Assembly (NCBI GenBank): GCA_023245725.1
Contig: JAHFJU010000006.1
Location: 1-32,562, forward strand
Source of the DNA: Candidatus Peregrinibacteria bacterium
GTDB taxonomy: Bacteria > Patescibacteriota > Gracilibacteria > UBA1369 > UM-FILTER-53-11
Length of the DNA stretch: 32,562 nt
Reading direction: 5' to 3'
Shown here: positions 1-9,800 of the stretch, piece by piece
Layout: each line of letters starts with the position of its first letter
Position numbering within the stretch: the first letter of the stretch is position 1
Notes under the pieces: model-generated
Database searches by the model: none
Told to the model about the DNA's origin: nothing
The model's input: only the letters and a program-made list of their open reading frames with translations
Translations under genes and position numbers: made by a program

Positions 1-2114
1 GGTGGAGCGGGCGGGGCCGGTGCCTGAGTAGCAGGAGCAGGCGGTGCGGGTGGCGGGGGAGCTTCTGTCGCAGGCACAGGAGGAGCCGGCGCATTTGTTG
101 GTGGCGCTGGGACGTTTGTAGCAGGAGCAGGCGGCGGAACTGGTGCCGGTGCGTCGGTCGGTGGGGCAGGAGCTTGAGTTTCTGGCGCTGGAGGCGGCGG
201 AGGCGGTTCGGTGGCAAGCGGTGGAAGTTGCGGAGCCTCAGTTGCCGGAGCTGGCGCTTCTGTTTGTGGCGCAGGCGGCGGTGCAGGTGCTTCGCTAGCA
301 GGCGCTTGTTGAGCGGGAGCGTCTGTTGCTTGTTCTGGCGGAATTGGAATCGGTGGTGGTGCTGGCGGAAGTCGTGGCATTTGGGCATCAACTTGGGCAT
401 CGGCATTTGCATCGATTCCTGAATCTGCAGCATTTGCAGCGTCTACAGCATTGGCATCTTGAGGAGTGTTTTGCGGTGCATTGTTCGAATCCAATTGCGG
501 ATTTTCATGTCCTTGATTTTGATTCGATTGTGCGTTCGCATTCGACTCGTTGCTGTTAGCGTTGTCATTGCTATTGTTGTTCTCATTTGCAACATTCACG
601 GCGACATTGTTCTCGACGTTGACCTGTACGTTGATGTTCAGATCGTGGCCGAGAAATTCGCAGTTGTCGTTGTTGTTGCATGGCACGAAAACTCCGCTAA
701 CGCATGGAGTTATATCGAAGTCTCCGCACGCATTCACGCACATTGTTGCTACGCTGTTGTCGACGAGTCCGTCGCAGTTGTTGTCGATGTTGTCGCAGAT
801 TTCGATAGCAGGGTGAGGAGCGTTGCATGCTCCCCAAATCCCGTTTTCGCATTGCCGCACTCCATCTCCGCAGGCGGTGTCGCATGGCCATGAAATGCCC
901 TCGTCAACATTGCCGTTGCAGTTGTTGTCGATCCCGTCGCATTGCTCTGGCGTGTGTTCGCAAATGAACTGTTCGTCGAGGTCGTTGCCGTTTGCTGGCG
1001 GGTCTGACTGCGGGGCTGGTGGTTGAGGAGGTTCTGTCGCTGGTGCCGGAGCAGGAGGCGCAGGTGCATCTGTAGCAGGAGCAGGCGGCGGAGGAGGGGG
1101 GTTCGGCGCGTTTGTCGGTGGAACTGGCGGCGGAGCCGCAGTAGCAGGAGCAGGCGGCGGAGCTTGAGTTACTGGCTCTGGTGGCACTGGTGGCTCAGTT
1201 TGAGGAGCCGGCGGTGCTTCTGTTACAGGAGCCGGTGGCGCTTGGGTTGCCGGTGGCGGAGGAGGCGGTGGCGGGGCTTGGGTCTGCGGAGCAGGCGGTG
1301 CTGTCGGAATTGGCGGCGGTGCGGGAGGCGGCGGAATAGGTTGTTGTGCCGCGTCTGGTTCTTCGATTTGTGCCGCTGCGTCGGGAGCGAACAAAACATC
1401 TGGAATCATGATTGCGGCGGCGTCCGCATTCGCGTTCGCCGCCGCATCTGGCTCTGGTTCGCCCTCTTGCTCTTCTGCACACACTGCAACTTCGCGTCCG
1501 TTATCGATGCCGAGAAACTGTGACGGGTTGATCCAATTTTCATGGAGGTCACAAGTGCAGGCGTCGTTGCGGTCGAGGTTCAGTTGCGACAGTGCGCTGT
1601 AAATCCAGTTGCCGCATACGAGTCGATTCTGTTGAAATTCGCCGTGGTGAATACCGATGAAGAGCCGAGGTGAGAATCCTCCATTTTCAGAGGAGTCGCC
1701 CACGTGGCCGATCACTTCACCTTCGTGAACTTGCTGCCAGTATCCAACGAGAATGTCGTCGCGGTTGGGGTTGTCTTCGTCGTTGATGCCGAGGTGTCCG
1801 TAGATTACGGTGATTGTGTCTCCGCGGTTTTCGTATTCCACGATGACGTATCCGCCGATGTTTCCCGGATCACCACGGTAGCTGGTTGCCATCACTCGCC
1901 CGTTGCCGATTGAGTGAACGTCAGTGCCGTCTGCTGCGGCGACGAAGTCGCCGAGTTCGAAGCAGCTGAGCTCGCAGCTGAAGAAGTGGTACTGCACGTT
2001 GTACGGTTGCACAGGCGCAGTCCATGCCTTGGCCGATTGTGGCGCAAGAAGTGTCAGCGTGAGCATGATGCTCATCGTCAGCACGTGAATGAGAAGCCGA
2101 AAAATCGCTTTCAT
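1..2114 (-). CDS. Large secreted surface protein, partial (runs off the window edge): signal peptide, degenerate M23/LytM domain, Pro/Ala/Thr-rich stalk, two MopE-like Cys metal-binding motifs, Asn-rich spacer, second Pro-rich stalk
   Basis: Not in the ORF track because it has no stop in the window. Manual translation from ATG 2114 is open for 704 codons: MKAIFRLLIHVLTMSIMLTLTLLAPQSAKA|W... It contains DGTDVHSIGNGRV, VIYGHL, GEVIGHVG and WINPSQFL (M23 fold), EQCDGIDNNCNGNVDEG and EICDNIDNNCDGLVDN, and PAPATEAPPP-type repeats. Confidence 0.9.
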   Translation of the reverse strand, partial: MKAIFRLLIHVLTMSIMLTLTLLAPQSAKAWTAPVQPYNVQYHFFSCELSCFELGDFVAAADGTDVHSIGNGRVMATSYRGDPGNIGGYVIVEYENRGDTITVIYGHLGINDEDNPNRDDILVGYWQQVHEGEVIGHVGDSSENGGFSPRLFIGIHHGEFQQNRLVCGNWIYSALSQLNLDRNDACTCDLHENWINPSQFLGIDNGREVAVCAEEQEGEPEPDAAANANADAAAIMIPDVLFAPDAAAQIEEPDAAQQPIPPPPAPPPIPTAPPAPQTQAPPPPPPPPATQAPPAPVTEAPPAPQTEPPVPPEPVTQAPPPAPATAAPPPVPPTNAPNPPPPPPAPATDAPAPPAPAPATEPPQPPAPQSDPPANGNDLDEQFICEHTPEQCDGIDNNCNGNVDEGISWPCDTACGDGVRQCENGIWGACNAPHPAIEICDNIDNNCDGLVDNSVATMCVNACGDFDITPCVSGVFVPCNNNDNCEFLGHDLNINVQVNVENNVAVNVANENNNSNDNANSNESNANAQSNQNQGHENPQLDSNNAPQNTPQDANAVDAANAADSGIDANADAQVDAQMPRLPPAPPPIPIPPEQATDAPAQQAPASEAPAPPPAPQTEAPAPATEAPQLPPLATEPPPPPPAPETQAPAPPTDAPAPVPPPAPATNVPAPPTNAPAPPVPATEAPPPPAPPAPATQAPAPPAP
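28..1161. repeat. Intragenic direct repeats encoding PPPAPAT units in the two Pro-rich blocks
   Basis: GTAGCAGGAGCAGGCGGCGGA is exact at 118-138, 1072-1092 and 1141-1161, with a 17-nt partial copy at 28-44. Confidence 0.85.
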
Positions 2115-2141
2115 TTTCTGGAATCCTTTCTGTTCTTGTTG

Positions 2142-2924
2142 TTACGACATGTCTTCGAGAAGGTTTCGAAGATCTTGAGGGATGTCGAGTGTCATGTGAC
2201 TCTCGACAAGGTTTCGAAGCTGTTGCTGCGGGTCTGAATTTTCGTCGACGATCATCTCTACATAGAGCATGTACCCAGCGTGAAGCACCATCGCGTAGAC
2301 CTTTGGCATGCCGAGGTCGGTCGCGATGTAGATGTTCGCGTGATCTGAGACATGAAAACTGATGGTCTCGACAGGAGGGCTGATGTTGCCGATTGTCGCG
2401 TCTTTCAGCCACTCGTCGACCGAGAAAATGTTGTTCGGCACAGGAATCATCGTGAGATGATAGTTGTGTCCGCTCGGTCGAGTGATGAAGTACGCGGCGC
2501 ACCCGTGTGCGCCGCGCTCCCACTGAGTGAGCGGAATCGGCTGTGCGTTCAGCGTTCCGTATAGGGTCATGAATTTCATGGGTCGATTGCGATCGTTCTC
2601 GCACGTGAGCCGAATTCCTGCCAGCGGCATAGGCTCGCCCGCGTCGGGCTCGCCTTGAGCTTGCTGTTGAGGAATCCCAGCGTCGATTGAGCCGTCGGGC
2701 GAATTGTTGTTGACGTTGTTCTTGTTCGCCGCGTTTTGCGCGTTGGCGGGTTGCGTCGATGTGTTCTTCGCCGTAACAGTGCCTGCATCTGGGCAGGTGA
2801 GATTCGACTTGCAGACGAATTCGAGCGGCTCATTGCATCCGCTCACGAGAACGAGCGCGAGGCTCGTCGTGATTACGAGCATGAAGCTCATGAAAAAAAC
2901 GTTGATCCAAAAATCCTGTTTCAT
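2142..2924 (-). CDS. Putative lipoprotein, hypothetical
   Basis: 260-aa ORF with a hydrophobic N-terminus ending LVSG|C (lipobox-like), then a low-complexity N/Q/A linker with PDAG/IDAG motifs and a globular C-terminal domain. It lies 27 bp upstream of the 2114 gene on the same strand. Confidence 0.75.
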   Translation of the reverse strand: MKQDFWINVFFMSFMLVITTSLALVLVSGCNEPLEFVCKSNLTCPDAGTVTAKNTSTQPANAQNAANKNNVNNNSPDGSIDAGIPQQQAQGEPDAGEPMPLAGIRLTCENDRNRPMKFMTLYGTLNAQPIPLTQWERGAHGCAAYFITRPSGHNYHLTMIPVPNNIFSVDEWLKDATIGNISPPVETISFHVSDHANIYIATDLGMPKVYAMVLHAGYMLYVEMIVDENSDPQQQLRNLVESHMTLDIPQDLRNLLEDMS

Positions 2925-3086
2925 ACTCTTCTTATCTCCTTTTCAATGATCACCGTGTGTCTGCAGTACTGTGCGAAAAAAATTATTCACACGCACCACA
3001 AAACTGGGATACGTGATTCTTATCAAATAAATATGAACGCAGATTAAACGGAAATTAAAATAATTATGAACAGGTTCTGAAATATC

Positions 3087-3095
3087 TGATATACT
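3087..3095 (+). promoter_or_regulatory. Extended -10 element (TGnTATACT) for the pilin gene
   Basis: TGATATACT lies about 35 nt upstream of ATG 3130, followed by a T-rich leader with no SD. Confidence 0.55.
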
Positions 3096-3129
3096 CACGA
3101 CCGATCTATTTTTTTATCTTTTTTTCTCT

Positions 3130-3669
3130 ATGATCGGAAAAATTACTAATCGCAAGGGCTTCACTCTTATGGAGTTGCTCATTGTTATTGCGATTTTGGG
3201 CATTTTAGGTGTCGCTTTTGTTCCTAATATTTTGAAAGCTCCGGCTAAGGCTCGTGATGCGGTTCGTGTAAAGAAAGTTCAAGATTTGCATACTGCAATC
3301 GAGGCTTACTATGCTGAACATGGTTCGTTGCCAAAGATTGCTGCTGCTGATGCTGACGTTTACCCAGGACCTTGTGCAACCGATGCGCTTGCTACTGCTG
3401 TAGGAATGCAAAGTGCTCCGGTTGATCCAAATGGTTTAGGTAGTTGTGGTGATGGAGCGGATGCAAAAGGTCAATACCTTTACAATGTATATAAAGTTGG
3501 TGATGAAGTACATTACGTTGTTGCTGCGAAAACAGAAGTTCCAACGTCTGCAAATACAACTTTAACAACAGCTAATCTTAAAGCTGAATCTCAGGAAAAT
3601 AACTCAGTCCTTCTCCCTGTGCAAAGCCCTGCAAATGGTACCTACTTCATGGCAACTGGCCCAATTTGA
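3130..3669 (+). CDS. Type IV pilin / GspG-like prepilin with N-terminal methylation motif
   Basis: Class III signal RKG|FTLMELLIVIAILGIL with Glu at +5, the helix ARDAVRVKKVQDLHTAIEAYY, and two Cys. Confidence 0.92.
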   Translation: MIGKITNRKGFTLMELLIVIAILGILGVAFVPNILKAPAKARDAVRVKKVQDLHTAIEAYYAEHGSLPKIAAADADVYPGPCATDALATAVGMQSAPVDPNGLGSCGDGADAKGQYLYNVYKVGDEVHYVVAAKTEVPTSANTTLTTANLKAESQENNSVLLPVQSPANGTYFMATGPI

Positions 3670-3710
3670 TCCTATAAAAGTTCGTTTTTTAGTGATTTCT
3701 CTGGAATTTA

Positions 3711-3740
3711 GCCGAGTCCCTCTGCAGGGCTCGGTTTTTT
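3711..3740 (+). terminator. Intrinsic terminator after the pilin gene
   Basis: GCCGAG(T)CCCT-CTGC-AGGGCTCGGT stem followed by a T run. Confidence 0.8.
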
Positions 3741-3804
3741 ATTAAATTACAAAACAAGAACAAATAATGACAACATTATATTAAGGATTTTAGAGGGGTA
3801 AAAG

Positions 3805-3813
3805 TGATATAAT
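3805..3813 (+). promoter_or_regulatory. Extended -10 element for the giant-protein operon
   Basis: TGATATAAT is consensus. AAGGAGG at 3852-3858 precedes the TTG start at 3873, although the spacing is long. Confidence 0.55.
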
Positions 3814-3872
3814 CTACAGATATAAAAAAATAGATACATATAAGGACTCGTAAGGAGGCAAAAATAAAAATC

Positions 3873-6800
3873 TTGAAAACAATATTTAAAAAAATTGGTG
3901 TTGGTCTCACGCTCATCGTTTTTATGTCGGTGACATTTGGTTCGCCGATTGTGCAAGGTTATTCAAATCCTGATAATTATGACCTCGTTGCTCTTTTGGT
4001 TGAGCAGGGAATGTACCAAGATGTAGTGAATTACAGCGGCCTTGTTGGTTCTGTGCAATCGAATAAAATCAGCGTTACTACAAACACTTCTCGTATCGAC
4101 CGGTATGCGATGGATGTGCAAAGAACATTACCCGGAACTCGCGTGGTTATTATTCAGGTTGATCGCTATGAGAAGCCCGAAAATGTTCGAACTGTTTTGC
4201 AGCGATTATATTTCGATGGTGATCCGCAGGCCGATGGCGCGCTTGCAACACTAAAGGGAATCGTAGCCATTGGTGAAGTTCCGTTGCCAGTTGTAAACAA
4301 AGGCGGTAACCGATTTATTTCGCTTTTTCCTTATACTGATCTCGAAAATTCGGCCTATGTGTTTAACGATAAAACAGGTGATTTCGAGTTGAATGCAAAT
4401 GTCAGTGATCCTCGAGTTGAGGTTTGGCACGGTGTGATTCGGCCTCCTGTTTCGACACAAACCGAGGATGGCAGAAAATTACTTGCAGCATATTTAGATA
4501 AAAATCATCTTTACCACAGTGGCGATCAGGCTTTTTCAAAATTCGATTCTCGCCTGTTCTTTCAAGATTATTACAACGAGAAAAAGCAAATAAATAAAAC
4601 GGCATATACAAGTTATCTTCAGTTTATAAATCACCAAGACGATATTTCGTATATGCGTTATACGAAAAAACTTTTCAACGAACTTTCGGGGTCTGTTGAT
4701 AGTGAACTCGCAGACGCAGGCCAACAAAGCGCCGATCTGCGTACGCAGTTGCAGGCTGCAGGAGTTCCATTCGACGATTCGTCACCGAGTTCTGGGGTTG
4801 AACTTCCCGGCTCAGGTGGTGAGGTAGATAAAAATGCGATTCCCGACATTATGACAAAAATTGCGAAAATGTCTGATTCGTTAATGAAAAAATATAACGA
4901 AATATTTAGCAAATATCCAAGTCTGGTAAATGATTTTGTGCGTTATACAGGCCGTTATTATGTGCCTGATACTTCTACAGATGACGTAACCGATTACAAA
5001 ACCAACGCAGATTCGTCTGTGAATTTAATCGCCGAAAAAGATGAATATAATCGCGTTTATTTGCGTTTAGTGAATGACATGATTGAACGCAAAATCGATG
5101 AAATTTCTGCACAATTGCAACTCGATGTTTCTTTGTCGAATGCCAATGTGAATGTGAAAAGTGTGAGTGGCGTTGGAGGAGTAAGGGTTGAGCCGTATAG
5201 CACATCTGGGTCGGTGAGTGATGCTGTTCAGTTTGTTATCGATAGATTAAAAACAGCTATCAGCACTCTTCCTCTTGGAGATATTAGAGATAATACTATT
5301 AAAGCAGCTAAAACAGCATTCAACTTGGTGTTTTTTTCTCCTGAAACGCCAGCTGACGGCGACAGACTTTCTTATTCGAAAAATTATTTAAACTATTCTC
5401 CGAAAGTTGGAATTAACGACGCGGCATATTTTTCTAAATTTTTTCCAACATATCCTCTCGACGATGATACAGGAACAAAAGCGGCAAATATTAATGGCGT
5501 TCAGTGGGACGATATAAACAGTGTTGAACAATGTTCGTTGTATCGTGGTTCTCTTGGTGCAGGCGAATATTCAAATTTGGTTGAAGCAAATCGCGCGAAT
5601 AATATAAATACAGCGCAAGAGTCTGCGGCTGATAATCTTGAAGATCATGGAGGTTGCTATTACGACGGCACAAATTTATATGCACACCCAGATACAACTT
5701 CTGGCTACAAACAATGTTATCCTGATGATTCCCGAACTCCTGTTCTTGACTTAGCAGGATCAATCGCAACCGACGCGGTGCCATTTACGGGCTACGACGA
5801 TTATCGCGCGTGTCTAAACTTTAGGCCTGAGTATGAAATGTACAAAGAGAGAATTGCCGTAGATCAAATACACGAAAAACTCGATGACCGTAGCCAAGAC
5901 CGCAAAGGTCGAGATCGTGATAAAATTCTCGAAACTGTACGCCCGATGATCGATGGAGGTCTTGATATTCCATTCGATGGTGATCCTTCCCCTGATCAAC
6001 AAGTGTTATTCAAATCAAAATCTCCACGATATTCTGTGACTCTCGGCGATGTTTTGAGAAGTACTGAAGTTGGCTGGAGCTACATAAATGCGCGTGATTC
6101 ACATTACGGCGACTGGAGATATTTATTTGAAAAAATGATTACTGCGTATAGTGATGGGCGCAATCATATTGTGCATGTTACAAATACTGTTTTAACAAAT
6201 GCGGCTGTCGTTATTTCAATTTCTAAGAACGATGAAAAACATTTTTCTAGTATTCGAGTTCATAAAGAGCCAACAAAACCGACTCTTATTGCCGAGGGAG
6301 ACGGGTTTGTTACTAAAGACCTTCCTGTCGACGAGCCACGATATATTACTTTCCAAGATAAGCGAAAAAATCCTGTTTCAATTGTTTACCCAGACGCATT
6401 TAGCGTAAAAAGTTTCGATGATTTGACTGCGAAATTACATGAATTAGAGGCCAAGCTTAATGCATTGTCAATTGATCAATCGGTTTGTAATGGCTGTTTA
6501 ACGGGACTTATTTCTGCTGCTGCCGAGCAAGTTTCCGAGGCCGATCACGAAACAATTATTAATCGCGCTAATCAATTCAAACTTGCTGATGCAATAAGTT
6601 GGAAAGACCTCGATATCGATTCTCGTCATGTGTACATTGCTGAAAATTATCTCGATAGCGCGCACACGGCGTTTGTAAATCCTGAGAAAGAAAAAGGATA
6701 CGAAATTTCATATTTCAACGGTGAAGGTGATTCTCAAGGCTACGATTTGGGCTTTAACAGTGAGCTTTTGGCGTCTGCTACTCCATTGGTTGAGGTTGAA

Positions 6801-9800
6801 AAACCATATGCTGACGATCCGAATAATCCTTTTGATGACCCACCACCGCAACAACAAGGTGGCTATGATTTATTTACTTGGAATCCTCCTCCGGTTTCAC
6901 CATGGTACGAGCGAGTGAAAGAGTGGTACGCCGACTTGAAGAATAATACTTCGTTTACAGTAAGTTTTGGTGAAGAGAAACAGAAAAATAGCGAGAATCA
7001 GGCAAAGGAATTAGAGGCGGAAAAACAGAAAATCAAAGATGAGGCAAATGCGTTTGTTTCGTCTCCTGAAGATGCAGATAAAATTGTGCTTTCTCGTGTG
7101 AAGAAAATAAGAATTACCGCTGACAGTACGGCTGCGGTTGTTGGAAAAAAAGTTACTTTCGGAGTTGATTTGCTCGATGAAAATGACGCACTTGTTTCTA
7201 CAGAATTCAATCGAGTTGATGTGACTGTCGATAACGGCGCGACTGTTATGGATAACGACGAAGATCCAACGGCTGACGGTACACAGCGAACAGTAATTGG
7301 CGGACATGCCGATGTTTCGTTTATTGCACCAGTGAATCCTGCGGCGGTTACGGTAACAGTGAAAATGAACAGCCAGCCCGACATTGGTAAAACTCAGCAA
7401 TTTGCGATTTTGAAGAGCGCTACTATTGCTTTAGGAATTGCGCAAACCGCGATTGTCGCTGACGGGCGTGGACTCATTCCCGTGACTCTTTCTGCGGTTG
7501 ACGACAAAGGTAGCTTACTCGCGAACGTGAATGGAACAGTACACATTGCGTTGTCTGATGATTCGCTTGCTCGTGCGACAAAAGAAGTGCAATTGGTTCG
7601 CGGTCGCGCACAGTTTACTGTGCGCGCAGGTGTCAAAAAAGGAGAGTTGATTATCAACGCTGCTACATCGAATTTAGATCCTGCTGCGGCAACAATTAAA
7701 TTTTTACCGGGGCCAGCTGTGAAACTTGTATTGGTGAAAAATGCCGATGTTCTAATTGCAAATCCGGGTGAGTCTATCGACGTAACCGCGCAGATTTTCG
7801 ACGCATATAATAACTTAATTGACACCAACACCGGCACGCCGATTTCGTTTGTTCTAAACGATTCCGCGGTCGATATAGCCGAGCTTACTTCATTAACCGC
7901 AAATACAGTTGATGGCCTTGCAACCGTTAGAGTTCTGCCAAAAGGTAAGAGCGGAAGCATTTCGGTAACAGCAAAAACTCGTGGTCTGCGCGATGCGATT
8001 TTGACTCTGAATGTTGTAAAAAAATTCGGCACCGGTTCACTTTCGAGAATAAATCCTGAGAGTTTGGTGACTGCACTTCTTGGTATTCCTGCCGGTAATG
8101 TCAGCGCGCCAAAAGCGTTTGGTTCCAGCATGGTTTTCGCAGGTAAAAATGAAGCTGTTACAACGCTAACAACTTCGCCAAAGCAGTACAGTAAAGTTTT
8201 CGAGGTTAGCGACAAAGGTGCACTTACTTCAGACCCCGATCGTGTTAGCGTCAGCTTTGTTCCGGGAAATCATCTTGCGTTTTTAATGCGCGATACGCGC
8301 TACGGAATTGATCTTGCAAAAATTTATGTGATTACAAAAAAAGATGGGCAATTTGCTCTTACAGATGAGCAGTCTCCTGAAAAACTTTCTGATGGAATTT
8401 ACCTTCATGCTACGTCGAGCGACCCGTCATATGTGTTTGATAAATCACGTGGTTCATTGCGAATTTCAAAATCCGATGAAGAAAGAATTGAAGTTCAAAC
8501 AAATGGATTTGTGAAAGTTTACGACCAGAATTTTACTGTTCGTCCAAAAAAATCCGACTACCTTACTCTCGAAATTTTAGAGGGACAAACGGTAGTTGCA
8601 GAAGTTTATATTGTACAGCGTTTCAATCAAGATGTTCGAACTTATTCTAATACAGGCGATATTTCAAACGACGCTGCTGGTGTTTATGTGCAGCCGTTCG
8701 CGCTGCCCGGTACGTTCTTTTTCGAACCGTCATTCTCGGGAAACACAACCTCTGCAAGTCTTGGTATGGCTCTGAAAGACCGCTCACAGGTACTCGATGG
8801 CGCAGGTTCTCCCGGATTCGGATACAACTCATTTGAAGATTCACTCGACTCTATGGGGGTTGGCTTCACTCAAGATAATAAATTCGCTCTGCTATTTTCA
8901 GCCGGCGAAATCTTTGGTGAAGCGAATCGCCAATATATGTCAGATGCTACGATAGTTCTTGGTGATCCAACAGTACGCTTGAACAATGCGCCTCATGAAG
9001 ATAACTTTTCAATAGATGTTGGAACTCTTTTGTACTCAGCTACAAGCGACGTTCGAGGGTTGCTATCTTTCGATGTAAATAGCGATGGCTTTGAAGACCT
9101 GCTTGTAGTGCAGCAAGATGGTCTTATTAAATACATACAAAATGGTGGAGGAGTTAATAATTTTACAGACCGTGGAACGCTCCTCAATATTAAAAATGGA
9201 ATTCAGGATTTTACGAAAGTTGATATTAATGGCGATGGTCAGCAGGATATTGTGGTGGCCGCAAAAAACGGCTGTACGGTTGATTCTACGTGTATCGATA
9301 TATTTTTGAATAACCGTGGGAGTTTCACACGTCAAAATGTAACCTTCGATCAAACCGAAAAAATTACTGCGATAAAAGCTTCCGACATGAACGGAGACAA
9401 TAAGGTAGATCTCGTATTTACCGATACAGCAGGCGATATTTCGCTGCTTCTTAACCATGGAGACTCGTTCGCCAATCATCGAGTTGTAATCGGAAATGTG
9501 GGTTTAAAAACCGAGCCGGGAAAAAACGTTATTGCAAATACGCTGGTTCGGTATGCAGGAATTTTGGAGAGAAATCCAGACGGGCCGCAAAATGAAACAG
9601 AGGCCAAAAACCAGCAGTTTTACATGCCGGTAGAATTGTCTGTTGCAAATCCTGATTCTCATGCAAATGACTCTGGTATCGATGCTGTAAATCCTATTCT
9701 AAAAATTTCTCAGGATTTTATGTATGCCGATGCACCAATTTCTTCGCTTAAAACTTCTACGAAATATGCGCAAGATGTTAATGGCGATGTTCTTAGAAAT

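Noticed and set aside
28..1161. 21-nt direct repeats as a CRISPR array
   Set aside because: Spacing is irregular, the repeats are in frame within a coding Pro-rich tract, and no cas genes are present.
174..2604. Many short ORFs in the track (Arg/Trp-rich plus-strand ORFs; minus-strand 697-891, 749-1069, 1195-1482, 1921-2604)
   Set aside because: They are shadows of the Pro-rich minus-strand gene starting at 2114 and of the 2142-2924 gene, which have coherent signal peptides and domains.
2983..2991. Single perfect DnaA box TTATTCACA (another at 27289-27297)
   Set aside because: Isolated 9-mers in AT-rich DNA are expected by chance and are not clustered.
7394..8215. 273-aa antisense ORF and other short ORFs inside the giant gene
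   Set aside because: They are antisense mirrors of a long coding frame with no recognisable motifs.
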